This document shows positions 28,479-38,264 of a stretch of DNA of 64,000 nt, piece after piece. A program made the position numbers and the translations under genes. The DNA is taken from the NCBI GenBank assembly GCA_965209035.1, contig OZ242372.1:736001-800000 (forward strand). The letters are read 5' to 3'. Numbering within the stretch: the stretch's first letter is position 1; each line of letters opens with the position of its first letter. The DNA is from Gammaproteobacteria bacterium. GTDB lineage: Bacteria > Pseudomonadota > Gammaproteobacteria > CBDBNL01 > JAAOII01. The notes beneath the pieces are model-generated. The model searched no databases and was not told where the DNA came from. It saw only the letters and a program-made list of their open reading frames with translations.

Positions 28479-29540
28479 CTACTTACCGAACAGGCCGTTT
28501 TGCCCGGCAGTCATGTGCTCCGGGACCACGAGAGAAAAATGTTCATACGCGCGCGGCAGAGCGAGTCGACCGCGCGCCGTGCGCTTAATAAATCCTTCGC
28601 GAATGAGATAAGGTTCCACCACATCTTCCAAGGTCCCGCGTTCCTCTTGCATGGCCGTGGCCAGATTATCTATGCCGACGGGACCGCCGTTAAATCGTTC
28701 CATAATCGTGGTCAACAGTTTGCGATCCGTTTCATCCAAGCCGGAAACATCCACCCCCAACAGTTGCAATGCCTTCGCAACGACCTGCTCGTTAATTTTT
28801 TTGACTCCTTCCACCTCGGCATAGTCGCGCACCCGCCGCAACAAGCGATTGACGATCCGCGGTGTGCCGCGCGCACCGGCCGCAATCTTCAGGGCGGCGC
28901 CATCTGTGAGAGAAATTTTGAGCAGTTGCGCCGAGCGCAACACGATGGATTTAAGTTCCTCTTGTTCGTAAAAATCCAACCGAAGAACAATGCCAAATCT
29001 GTCTCGCAGAGGAGAAGTTAGCAGGCCGCTGCGTGTGGTTGCACCGATCAAGGTGAACGGCGACACATCCAATCGCAACGGGCGGGATGCGCTGCCGTCG
29101 CCAAACACAATATCAATCTTGTAGTCTTCCATTGCCGGATACAAAATTTCTTCCACATGAGGCGAAAGGCGATGCAGTTCATCAACAAACAGAACATCCC
29201 GACGCTCCAAGTTGGACAGCAGCGCGGCAATATCCCGTCCTTTTTCCAGAACAGGGCCGGAACTAACGGAAATGTTCGCTCCAATTTCATTTGCAATGAT
29301 GCGGGCCAAGGTGGTCTTACCAAGACCGGGCGGCCCAAACAAGAGAATGTGATCCAAGGGTTCGGACCGTTGTTTCGCGGCACGCACGGCAACATCCAGT
29401 TGCCGGCGAATATTATCTTGACCGATGTACTCGCCCAGACTGCGCGGCCGCAGTGCGTTATCAAATACCCCCTCCTCCGCCACCGAGGCAATACGAACGG
29501 TTCTGTCCTCTTTAATCGCGGGCATCATTTTACCGACCAC
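28479..29540 (-). CDS. ruvB: Holliday junction helicase RuvB
   Basis: [34 protein letters not shown]. Confidence 0.97.
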   Translation of the reverse strand: MVGKMMPAIKEDRTVRIASVAEEGVFDNALRPRSLGEYIGQDNIRRQLDVAVRAAKQRSEPLDHILLFGPPGLGKTTLARIIANEIGANISVSSGPVLEKGRDIAALLSNLERRDVLFVDELHRLSPHVEEILYPAMEDYKIDIVFGDGSASRPLRLDVSPFTLIGATTRSGLLTSPLRDRFGIVLRLDFYEQEELKSIVLRSAQLLKISLTDGAALKIAAGARGTPRIVNRLLRRVRDYAEVEGVKKINEQVVAKALQLLGVDVSGLDETDRKLLTTIMERFNGGPVGIDNLATAMQEERGTLEDVVEPYLIREGFIKRTARGRLALPRAYEHFSLVVPEHMTAGQNGLFGK

Positions 29541-29564
29541 TCCCCAAATACGGAAAACGATTGA

Positions 29565-29852
29565 TTAATAAAGGATTTGGAAATGACATTCGGTATCCGC
29601 GGCCTCTTCACCCGCATCACTCGGTTCGCAACAACGAACGGATACCACCTCGGCAAGATGCGGTCCTCTGTGGCACAATTTCAAGCACCTTTCAATTTTT
29701 TGTTTATCGCCGCGCAGTTCGGCCTCAACTCTGCCGTTGGGCAAATTGCGCACCCAGCCGGACAAAGCCAACTCACTCGCTCTGCTTCTTAACCAATCCC
29801 TGTAGCCGACACCCTGAACGCGACCACAAACTTCCAAACGCATCCTTGTCAC
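29565..29852 (-). CDS. acyP: Acylphosphatase
   Basis: GRVQGVGYR, GWVRN..GRVE. Confidence 0.9.
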   Translation of the reverse strand: MTRMRLEVCGRVQGVGYRDWLRSRASELALSGWVRNLPNGRVEAELRGDKQKIERCLKLCHRGPHLAEVVSVRCCEPSDAGEEAADTECHFQILY

Positions 29853-29872
29853 GGCCGCGAGAACGCCGATAC

Positions 29873-30751
29873 CTAAGATAAGGCGGAAAGAACAGACCGG
29901 GTGGCATCTCCCAATTCCACAACATTGCGCACAGTGCGAACACCGGCTTCTTCCAAAACTCTGAACTTATCTTCCGCCGTTCCCTTGCCACCGGCAATGA
30001 TCGCTCCGGCATGCCCCATCCGTTTCCCCGGCGGGGCTGTAACACCGGCAATATAAGCAAGAACGGGGGTACGCATTTCCCGTTTGATAAAATCGGCCGC
30101 TTCCTCTTCGGCACTCCCTCCTATTTCGCCGACCATAATGATCATCTCGGTGGCCGCATCCTCTTCAAACAGTTGCAAAATATCCGTGAACGAACTGCCG
30201 GCAATCGGGTCGCCGCCTATTCCCACACAGGTGCTTTGCCCTTCTCCCAGATCGGAAACCTGTTTAACCGCCTCATAGGTGAGCGTGCCGGATCTTGAGA
30301 CAATGCCGACACGACCCGGACGATGAATGTCTCCCGGCATAATTCCTATTTTGCATTCGCCCGGCGTAATGACCCCCGGACAATTCGGACCAATCAAACG
30401 AGCCCCGCGATCCGCGCAGAATATCTTAGCGCGCAACATATCCAAAACGGGAATGCCTTCTGTGATACATACGATCAATTTCACGCCGCTCACGGCTGCC
30501 TCGGCAATAGAGTCCAAACAAAAAGGCGCCGGAACATAAATGACGGAAGCGTCCGCCCGGGTTTTCTCAACAGCTTCTCGCATGGTATCAAACACGGGCA
30601 AGTTGAGATGCGTTTGCCCGCCCTTGCCGGGCGTCACCCCGCCAACCATCCGGGTGCCGTAGGCAATCGCTTGTTCGGAATGAAATGTGCCTTGGGAACC
30701 GGTAAATCCTTGGGTGATGACACGCGTGTTCTTGTTTATCAGAATGCTCAT
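29873..30751 (-). CDS. sucD: Succinyl-CoA synthetase alpha subunit
   Basis: [24 protein letters not shown]. Confidence 0.97.
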   Translation of the reverse strand: MSILINKNTRVITQGFTGSQGTFHSEQAIAYGTRMVGGVTPGKGGQTHLNLPVFDTMREAVEKTRADASVIYVPAPFCLDSIAEAAVSGVKLIVCITEGIPVLDMLRAKIFCADRGARLIGPNCPGVITPGECKIGIMPGDIHRPGRVGIVSRSGTLTYEAVKQVSDLGEGQSTCVGIGGDPIAGSSFTDILQLFEEDAATEMIIMVGEIGGSAEEEAADFIKREMRTPVLAYIAGVTAPPGKRMGHAGAIIAGGKGTAEDKFRVLEEAGVRTVRNVVELGDATRSVLSALS

Positions 30752-30775
30752 GCGGAAGACTGTATGAGGATAGGC

Positions 30776-31429
30776 TTAGCGAGGGCCCAAACTATTATGC
30801 CACCAGTTAGGCGAAGCAAGAAGAACGAATTCTTTGTCATCGGCAATACGATTTGCGATGTTTAAGGAAGCCAGCCCCGGTGCTGTCTTAACAATATAAC
30901 CGCTCGGATGCCAACTCAAGGGTTCAAGATGAATTCTTTGACCCGTAAGTTTCTCTAGAATCTTCTTCGCATTCGCCGGGTCCGCAAGGTCTGCGGCGTC
31001 CTTAAAAATAACGGTAACATCTCCCGGCAAGGCCTTGAGACCGCCGGAGTCCTCAAACACCGGCGACAGCATACGGGAATTGACAAACAACTCGGCTTCC
31101 GCCGATGGCGACAGATCCGGGTCCAGCCGGTAAACGGTTGCCCCGCCCTTTTTGTCCGCCACGGACATCAACCGTTCTTTTTCTTCCGCAGTCATTTGAT
31201 CGGCATGATCGCCAAATCCGGCCGCCAGCAGAGGAACGATTTGCAACGAACGCCTCAGGTCGCCGTCCATCCAATAATAGTTTTCCGCCAGGATCGTCGG
31301 GCTGGAAAAAATTAACAGCAGCAATAATACGAGCGTGCCGGTTAGTCTTTTTTTCCTTGTTAGTTTCCTTGTTAGTATCATTGTTAGTTTCATTGTTAGT
31401 TTCATTGTTAGTATCATTGTTAGTATCAT
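30776..31429 (-). CDS. Secreted protein with S8 prodomain-like C-terminus (candidate external protease chaperone)
   Basis: Sec signal (KKRLTGTLVLLLLLIFSSPTILA); SPVF...ALPGDVTVIFK...YIVKT..G..SL.IANRI....V..ASPNWW. Start ambiguous (five ATGs in a repeat). Confidence 0.6.
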   Translation of the reverse strand: MILTMILTMKLTMKLTMILTRKLTRKKRLTGTLVLLLLLIFSSPTILAENYYWMDGDLRRSLQIVPLLAAGFGDHADQMTAEEKERLMSVADKKGGATVYRLDPDLSPSAEAELFVNSRMLSPVFEDSGGLKALPGDVTVIFKDAADLADPANAKKILEKLTGQRIHLEPLSWHPSGYIVKTAPGLASLNIANRIADDKEFVLLASPNWWHNSLGPR

Positions 31430-31440
31430 TGTTAGTTTCC
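31357..31440. repeat. Seven 12-bp tandem units TTGTTAGT(T/A)TC(A/C) spanning the sucC stop and next start
   Basis: Read directly from the sequence. Confidence 0.95.
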
Positions 31441-32649
31441 TTTTTGTGTTGCCCGCACGGCGGCCATGGCGGCCTCGGCCAGACCGGCTTTGGCAAGGGT
31501 CCCCGCCGCCCGCTCTTGTAAAATTTGCATACCCGCCTCGGCACGATTGCCTTCCAGGCGGACAATGATCGGCACATTTAAGCCTCCCTCTAATTCTTTG
31601 CCCAAACCGCTCCCTAAACCGTTTTCCGCCCGGAGTTCGGCAATGGCATCCGATATACCCGTGGCGATCAGATCACAGCGCACGATGCCGCCAAATATGT
31701 TTACCAAAACAGCCTTGACTTTTTTGTCGGAAAGAATAATCTTGAATGCTTCGCTGACTCTTTCTTTGGTGGCGCCGCCGCCGACATCCAAAAAGTTTGC
31801 GGGCACACCGCCATAGGTCTTAATGATATCCATCGTAGCCATTGCCAGACCCGCGCCGTTGACCATACAACCGATGTTGCCATCAAGAGCAACATAACTC
31901 AATCCGTGTTCGGCTGCTTCGTTTTCGCGCGCATCTTCTTGCAGCGGATCCCGCAATGCAACAAGATCCTTATGGCGATATAAGGCATTATCATCCAAAT
32001 TAACCTTCGCATCCAAACACAACAGGTTGCCGGTTTTGGTGATGACCAAAGGATTGACCTCCAACAGGGACACATCTTTTTCAATGAACAGACGCATCAA
32101 GTTGGCAAACAGAGGAACAAACTGTTTTATTTGCGCCGCGTTCATACCACAATGAAAGCCCAGTTCGCGCGCCTGAAACGCCAGCGGTCCCAACAAAGGA
32201 TCAACGGACACACGGCGAATTTTATCGGGTGTTTCCCGGGCAACTTTTTCTATATCCATACCGCCCGCCGGCGATGCCAACGCCACGGGTAACCCGATCT
32301 TGCGATCCACAAGGATACTCAAGTACAATTCGGTTTCTATATCCGTGCAGTGCTCCACAAGAATATGATGAATCGGTTGACCCTTGGCATCTGTCTGCAC
32401 AGTGACAAGATTCGTCCCCAAAAATTTGCGGGCAAAGTCCGCAACTTCCTTGGGACTGTCGGCAAGAATCACACCACCCGCTTTGCCTCTGCCGCCCGCA
32501 TGCACCTGCGCCTTTGCCACCCATTTGGTTCCGCCAATTTCCGCCGCCGCCGATTCGGCCTCTTCCGGGGTCTGTGCAACTTTCCCGCGCGCCACGGGCA
32601 ATGCGTAATCGGCAAAAAGTTTCTTTGCCTGATATTCGTGCAGATTCAT
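31432..32649 (-). CDS. sucC: Succinyl-CoA synthetase beta subunit
   Basis: [43 protein letters not shown]. Confidence 0.97.
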   Translation of the reverse strand: MNLHEYQAKKLFADYALPVARGKVAQTPEEAESAAAEIGGTKWVAKAQVHAGGRGKAGGVILADSPKEVADFARKFLGTNLVTVQTDAKGQPIHHILVEHCTDIETELYLSILVDRKIGLPVALASPAGGMDIEKVARETPDKIRRVSVDPLLGPLAFQARELGFHCGMNAAQIKQFVPLFANLMRLFIEKDVSLLEVNPLVITKTGNLLCLDAKVNLDDNALYRHKDLVALRDPLQEDARENEAAEHGLSYVALDGNIGCMVNGAGLAMATMDIIKTYGGVPANFLDVGGGATKERVSEAFKIILSDKKVKAVLVNIFGGIVRCDLIATGISDAIAELRAENGLGSGLGKELEGGLNVPIIVRLEGNRAEAGMQILQERAAGTLAKAGLAEAAMAAVRATQKGN

Positions 32650-32661
32650 TTTACTGTGATT

Positions 32662-34122
32662 TTACTGTGAACGCCGGGGAGGCATTATATGAATTGGTCG
32701 ACCATCCGCCGCCAGAGAAGCCTCGTGCACCGCTTCGGAAAGAGTCGGATGGGCGAACATCGTTAACTGCAAATCTTCCGCGGAAGCCATAAACTCCATT
32801 GCAATGACCGCCTGGGCTATCAACTCGCCCGCTTGATTGCCGATCACATGCACGCCGATAATGCTGTCGCTTTCCTTATCCGCGAGTATTTTTACCATCC
32901 CCCGGGTGTCGTTGTTTGCCATGGCCCTGCCGCTGGCTGCAAACGGAAAAACACCCGTCTTAAAATCTTTGCCGGCGGCCTTTGCTTCTTCCTCGTTTAG
33001 ACCGACCCAGGCAATTTCCGGCGAAGTATAAATGACATTCGGCACCAGATCATAATTCACCTCGGCCTTCTTGTTATGAATGATTTCCGCAACCATAATT
33101 CCCTCTTCCGAGCCCTTATGCGCCAACATTGGTCCACGCACCAGATCTCCCACCGCGTAAACTCCCTGCACAGAGGTGCGGCAATATTCATCCACCGGAA
33201 TGAACCCGCGCGCATCCGGGGCAATCCCGCAATCCGCGGATAACAGTTCTTCCGTATAGGGCTTGCGACCTATGGCAACAACGACCTTATCCGCTTTCAA
33301 AAGCATCTTCTTGCCGTCCTCCTCATATGCAACTTCCGCAATCTGTTTTTTGGCGTCAGTCTTTATGCCTGTGACCTTGGAATTCAATTTAATATCCAAT
33401 TTTTGATCTTTTTTAAAGTGACGCAGAGCATCCTTCGCAATTTGTCGGTCCGTCATCGGCAAAAAGTCCGGCAGTGCCTCCAACAGGGTCACCTGGCTGC
33501 CCAGCCTTCCCCAAACACTCCCAAGTTCCAAACCGATAATACCCGCGCCTATGATACAAAGATTTTTCGGCGGCTTGGTAAAACTCAAAGCCCCGGTAGA
33601 ATCTGTCACCACTTTGTTGTCAAACGGCACACCGGGCAGTGGCATCGGCACAGAACCGCTTGCCAAAATAATATGTTCTCCCCGATAAACCTTCTTACCG
33701 CCGTTGGTCTTGCCACCGGCAACCGGAGTCACTTCCACACACTTGTCCTTAAGAAGTTTGCCATGACCATAAACCGAACTGATACCATTGGCCTTGAACA
33801 GGGCCGCAATACCGCCGGTGAGTTTTTTAACAATGCCATCCTTTCTCCGCATCATCACGGGAATATCCGCCGTCAGGCTCTTAACTCGGATGCCCTCGCC
33901 TTCAAAATGCTCCCGGGCAAACTCGTACCTGTGGGAAACTTCCAACAATGCTTTGGAGGGAATGCAACCGACATTCAAACAGGTCCCGCCCAAAGACTGT
34001 TGTTTGACATCATTTTGCCACTTTTCTATGCAAAGAGTCTTTGCTCCCAATTGGGCACACTTAATGGCGGCCACATAACCCGCCGGGCCCGCACCTATAA
34101 CAATAACATCAAATTTATCCAT
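32662..34122 (-). CDS. lpdA: Dihydrolipoamide dehydrogenase
   Basis: GAGPAGY, GGTCLNVGCIPSK, HPTLSE. Confidence 0.97.
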   Translation of the reverse strand: MDKFDVIVIGAGPAGYVAAIKCAQLGAKTLCIEKWQNDVKQQSLGGTCLNVGCIPSKALLEVSHRYEFAREHFEGEGIRVKSLTADIPVMMRRKDGIVKKLTGGIAALFKANGISSVYGHGKLLKDKCVEVTPVAGGKTNGGKKVYRGEHIILASGSVPMPLPGVPFDNKVVTDSTGALSFTKPPKNLCIIGAGIIGLELGSVWGRLGSQVTLLEALPDFLPMTDRQIAKDALRHFKKDQKLDIKLNSKVTGIKTDAKKQIAEVAYEEDGKKMLLKADKVVVAIGRKPYTEELLSADCGIAPDARGFIPVDEYCRTSVQGVYAVGDLVRGPMLAHKGSEEGIMVAEIIHNKKAEVNYDLVPNVIYTSPEIAWVGLNEEEAKAAGKDFKTGVFPFAASGRAMANNDTRGMVKILADKESDSIIGVHVIGNQAGELIAQAVIAMEFMASAEDLQLTMFAHPTLSEAVHEASLAADGRPIHIMPPRRSQ

Positions 34123-34142
34123 AATTTTTTATCGGTAACACT

Positions 34143-34213
34143 CAAACTTTTTTAGCAAATTTTTTTGGCAAACTTTTTTAGCAATTTTTTTTTGGCAAAT
34201 CTTTTTTGGCAAG
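34143..34213. repeat. About five 13-14 bp T-tract repeats (CAAA-Tn-[A/G]G) upstream of lpdA
   Basis: CAAACTTTTTTAG CAAATTTTTTTGG CAAACTTTTTTAG CAATTTTTTTTTGG CAAATCTTTTTTGG. Confidence 0.85.
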
Positions 34214-34281
34214 TATTTGTTGTGAACTCTTTGTTATTATAATCTAACGAGCACTTCGTCACAAACAACAGACAATCCGTA

Positions 34282-35592
34282 TTAGGATGAAAAGATTGGC
34301 AAACTAATCACCGGTGCCAAAGAGGCATCGCTGTTTTCAATTTTAGTGAGTGCGTTCCTCATATTCTTATAAGATGTCGTGTGAGTCAAAATGATAATCG
34401 GGACGGGGCTCTTGTCTTCTCTGGCATGTTCGCGTTGGTGCAATGCCTCTATACTAATCCCCGCTTCGCTGAGAATACCGGTAAGGTGCGCCATGACCCC
34501 CGGCTTCTCGGCCGCACTGATACGCAAGTAAAACTCACTCTCCAGGGATTCAACCGGAGTAAAACGTATTTGTCTTTTTCTTCTCATCACGGTCGGAGCG
34601 GCAGTCGTTGCAACATGGGCAAGATCGGAAAGCACCGCGGACGCGGTTGCCGGGCCGCCGGCACCGGGGCCGCTGAAAAATGTTTGACCCAGAGGATCGC
34701 TTTCTATCATCAGGGCATTCGTCACACCGGTTACCCGTGCCAAGGACGAGTCCGTTTTCACAAGAACCGGCTGAACACGCATACTGACACTTTCATCATC
34801 CAAAATCTCGGCTATGGCAAGATGCTTGATGACATAGTTCAATTGTTCCGCATAACAAACATCCTCTTTGGTCAGATGCTCAATGCCCACTCTGTAGACC
34901 TTGTCCGGCGACAAGGGGATATCAAACGCCAGACCGGCAAGAATTGTTATTTTATGCAGACTATCCGTTCCGTCAATATCAAATGTGGGATCTCTTTCGG
35001 CATAACCCAGTTCTTGTGCTTCTTTCAAGGTGTCGGCAAATGTTCCGGCCGACATTTGGGACAAGATGTAATTACAGGTCCCGTTGACGATACCGGTAAT
35101 GCGATGAATACGATTGGCAACCAATCCATCCCGTAAAACTTTGATAATCGGAATACCGCCGGCGACCGCCGCCTCATACAAATAATGTACCCCGTTTGCG
35201 TGTGCCAGGCGGATGAGTTCTTCGCCTTTTTCCGCCACCAGAGCCTTATTCGCTGTAACGACACTCTTACCGGAAGTCAATGCCTGTTTGGTTAGTTTGT
35301 ATGCATGGTCGGTTCCGCCGATTAACTCTATGAGAACAGACGCTTCGGGATGCCCGGCGGCAACAAAAATATCATTGACTCGGATCGCATCATCCAAGCC
35401 CGATTTGGAATTGGGACGCCGCGCACCGACCTGTGCCAAGTGAAAGGAATGTCCGAGGCGTGCACTCAGCGTCTCTTGATTTTGTGCCAAAAGGCGGACC
35501 ACAGAACCGCCTACTTCGCCAAGCCCGCAGATCACCATGGACAATGGCGGTGAGGTATTTGCTTTAATAGCTACTTGTTTGGATTGTTGCAA
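34282..35592 (-). CDS. hom: Homoserine dehydrogenase with ACT domain
   Basis: GLGEVG, VVTANKAL, YEAAVAGGIP, NGTCNYIL, GPGAG..TASAV. Confidence 0.95.
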   Translation of the reverse strand: MQQSKQVAIKANTSPPLSMVICGLGEVGGSVVRLLAQNQETLSARLGHSFHLAQVGARRPNSKSGLDDAIRVNDIFVAAGHPEASVLIELIGGTDHAYKLTKQALTSGKSVVTANKALVAEKGEELIRLAHANGVHYLYEAAVAGGIPIIKVLRDGLVANRIHRITGIVNGTCNYILSQMSAGTFADTLKEAQELGYAERDPTFDIDGTDSLHKITILAGLAFDIPLSPDKVYRVGIEHLTKEDVCYAEQLNYVIKHLAIAEILDDESVSMRVQPVLVKTDSSLARVTGVTNALMIESDPLGQTFFSGPGAGGPATASAVLSDLAHVATTAAPTVMRRKRQIRFTPVESLESEFYLRISAAEKPGVMAHLTGILSEAGISIEALHQREHAREDKSPVPIIILTHTTSYKNMRNALTKIENSDASLAPVISLPIFSS

Positions 35593-35681
35593 TTGTGTTT
35601 GGAAAGTAGGCTTTAATGATCATTAATAAATAAAATTCCCCAAAAACCGAAAAAATTCTTAACTCAGCCGCGCTCTGTCTT

Positions 35682-36431
35682 TTAAATTCTCAGTGTTTCC
35701 GCCAGTTTGATAGAAGGAATATAACCCGGCACGACCTTGCCGTTACTAAGAAACATCGTCGGTGTCCCCCGCACACCCGCGCGCTTGCCCAAATTATATT
35801 GCTCCGTCACGGGATGATCACAAGGTGCGGCTGTGATTTTTTTTCCCTGTTTGGCAAGAGTCATAGCCTGCTGTTTGTTGGCGGAGCACCACACATTGAT
35901 TGCTTTTTTAAATGAACCCGTCCCCGGGCCTGTCCGCGGAAACGCGGCATAACGAACCTCTATACCCAATTTTGTAATCTCATTAATTTCACGATGGAGT
36001 TTCCGACAGTAACCGCAATCTATATCCGTGAAGACCAACACCCAGGCTTTGGTCTTTCCTTTGGCAGGAAAAATAATTGTCTTGTTGCCGGGAATATCTC
36101 GAACCAGGGCGAACTGTTTCTTTTGACGATTAATGCGGCTGAGGTTACGCGGTTTCCCCTTCGCATCAAACTCATACTGTTCTCCGGCGATAAAATGACG
36201 ACCGTCCGGCGTCACATACAGTTCTTCAAAGTCATCGGTAACAACAAGAAACATGTTCAATTCTTTCATCTTGCGTATCTCAACGATGTTTAAATTGGGC
36301 AAGTTGGCGGTTAGTTTTTTTTTCAATTGTGCTTTTGTCAACTCGGGGGTCAACTTAGGGGTCAACTCGGCAGCCGCAAGTCCGACCGAAAACATCAGAG
36401 CAATGCAAGTCAGAATGCGCAACAACGGCAC
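35682..36431 (-). CDS. dsbC: Disulfide isomerase DsbC
   Basis: Signal peptide, VFTDIDCGYCRKLH, GV.GTP. Confidence 0.93.
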   Translation of the reverse strand: MPLLRILTCIALMFSVGLAAAELTPKLTPELTKAQLKKKLTANLPNLNIVEIRKMKELNMFLVVTDDFEELYVTPDGRHFIAGEQYEFDAKGKPRNLSRINRQKKQFALVRDIPGNKTIIFPAKGKTKAWVLVFTDIDCGYCRKLHREINEITKLGIEVRYAAFPRTGPGTGSFKKAINVWCSANKQQAMTLAKQGKKITAAPCDHPVTEQYNLGKRAGVRGTPTMFLSNGKVVPGYIPSIKLAETLRI

Positions 36432-36434
36432 AGA

Positions 36435-36794
36435 TTACTTCCTAAGTTCTTCCTTAATACGGGCCGCCTTACCGGTCCGACCGCGCATGTAATACAGTTT
36501 TGCTTTGCGGACGCGACCGTGCCTTTTTACGGCAATAGATTCAATTTGCGGGCTGTGCAACTGAAAGGTTCGCTCCACCCCGACTCCGTGCGAGATTTTG
36601 CGCAAAATAAACGAAGAATTGAGGCCGCGATTTCTTCTGGCAATCACTACGCCTTCAAATGCTTGGACTCTTTCTCTTTCTCCTTCGCGCACCCGAACCT
36701 TAACGACAAGCGTATCACCTGCCGAAAAATCGGGAAAAGACCTTTTTATTCTTTCCGCCTCAATCTTTGTGATCAACGAATAATCAATTTTCAT
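36435..36794 (-). CDS. rplS: 50S ribosomal protein L19
   Basis: [24 protein letters not shown]. Confidence 0.97.
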   Translation of the reverse strand: MKIDYSLITKIEAERIKRSFPDFSAGDTLVVKVRVREGERERVQAFEGVVIARRNRGLNSSFILRKISHGVGVERTFQLHSPQIESIAVKRHGRVRKAKLYYMRGRTGKAARIKEELRK

Positions 36795-36836
36795 TGGATA
36801 TTAAACAATCATTAAATAAATATAAATATAAAAACA

Positions 36837-37616
36837 TTAAGCATTGGACTCCGTCCGATCCTCAATAAACTCTCTTAGCAACTTTTTATCGTCCGATGAC
36901 AAGCTTGCTCTCGCCAGCAAATCCGGGCGACGCAACCAGGTTCGCCCCAGCGACTGCCGGCGACGCCAACGCTTTATTTCAGCGTGGTTTCCGCTCAACA
37001 AAACCGCGGGAACTCGCATACCGTCAATACTTTCCGGTCGCGTATAATGAGGGGCTTCCAAAAGACCGCCACCTCCGTCGCCATCACCGGAAAAAGAGTC
37101 CGAATTGGCACTTGCCACATTACCCAATACTCCGTCTCTTAGACGCATCAACGCATTTACAAAAGTCATTATAGGTAACTCGCCGCCACTTAAGACATAA
37201 TCACCCGCGGATATTTCATCATCCGCATAACGAGATATGATGCGTTCATCCATTCCTTCATAACAACCGCTCACTAACACCAAAGATTCCATACGAGAAT
37301 AAGATCTTACCACATTCTGTGTCAATAAACGCCCTTGCGGCGAAAAAAACAAGCATCGCGGATTCAAATGACCTTGTTTAATTGCAGATTCTTTTCCCGC
37401 CTCAATTGCCATTTGTAAGGGCCGAAAAGACATCAGCATGCCGCCGCCGCCGCCGTAAGGATGATCGTCCGTTTGTCTGTGTTTGCCTTCGGCGTGTTCG
37501 CGCGGATTAAACAATTCAACCGCAGCACGTCCCTCACGAATACCTCTGCCGACTACTCCGTATTCGTCAAGAACCCGAAACATTTCCGGGAAAATACTAA
37601 CAATCCCTAACCACAT
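36837..37616 (-). CDS. trmD: tRNA m1G37 methyltransferase
   Basis: DD.PYGGGGGM, GDYVLSGGE, LLE.PHYTRP, LLSGNH. Confidence 0.96.
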   Translation of the reverse strand: MWLGIVSIFPEMFRVLDEYGVVGRGIREGRAAVELFNPREHAEGKHRQTDDHPYGGGGGMLMSFRPLQMAIEAGKESAIKQGHLNPRCLFFSPQGRLLTQNVVRSYSRMESLVLVSGCYEGMDERIISRYADDEISAGDYVLSGGELPIMTFVNALMRLRDGVLGNVASANSDSFSGDGDGGGGLLEAPHYTRPESIDGMRVPAVLLSGNHAEIKRWRRRQSLGRTWLRRPDLLARASLSSDDKKLLREFIEDRTESNA

Positions 37617-37622
37617 TTTAAT

Positions 37623-38156
37623 TCAATCCGGTGACTGCCAAGACACACAGACCCGCTTGCTCCGCAGATCCACGCGATAAACCGGTTCGGGCAGCACAAA
37701 AGGAATATAGGTTGTTCGCTTTGTGCCTTCTCGATCTGCCTCCTCTATCTCCATCACATCGGCACCGCCACAACGCCGCATTGCCAGAATTCGCCCAACG
37801 GGTGCTTCCGTGCCTGTGCCGGCGGAATTGAAAACTTGCATGCCAATCAGATCGTGCCAATAGTAACTTCCTTCGTCCGGGTGTGGCAAGTGTTCGCGCC
37901 GAACGCCCAATAACTTATTACAATAACTGTGCGCCTCTTCTTTGGTACTCACTTCTTTTATCTTGATGATGAACTTGTCGCTGTGTCGGTTAATTTGCGG
38001 CGGTTCCGAAATTTCGTACCAACCTTCGCCGGAGTTTTCTATCAACAAAGAATGATAATTGGTGACAGAAAGAGGGTCTTCCATATAGTGCGTAAAAAAC
38101 TGCCAGCCTTTCAGCCCGTAGGGCCTGCCGAGTTTTCCCAGGACGACAACATCCAT
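37623..38156 (-). CDS. rimM: Ribosome maturation factor RimM
   Basis: GK..RPYGLKGW, YYW.DLIG, IPFV; operon position. Likely start 38156. Confidence 0.92.
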   Translation of the reverse strand: MDVVVLGKLGRPYGLKGWQFFTHYMEDPLSVTNYHSLLIENSGEGWYEISEPPQINRHSDKFIIKIKEVSTKEEAHSYCNKLLGVRREHLPHPDEGSYYWHDLIGMQVFNSAGTGTEAPVGRILAMRRCGGADVMEIEEADREGTKRTTYIPFVLPEPVYRVDLRSKRVCVSWQSPD

Positions 38157-38264
38157 CCTATGTTTTTTTATGTTTTTGCTTGTCTTGTCTTTTATTCTCT
38201 TCCCTTCCCTTCCCTTCCCCGCCCATCCACAAGCGGCATCCATCCGTTTTTCGGAGAAAAACGG

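Noticed and set aside
31053-31577. ORFs with TNND or SLLV repeats
   Set aside because: Alternative frames of the 12-bp repeat overlapping sucC and the secreted-protein gene.
33403-35136. Long antisense ORFs (about 250 aa) opposite lpdA and hom
   Set aside because: No recognisable motifs; typical antisense shadows of well-supported genes.
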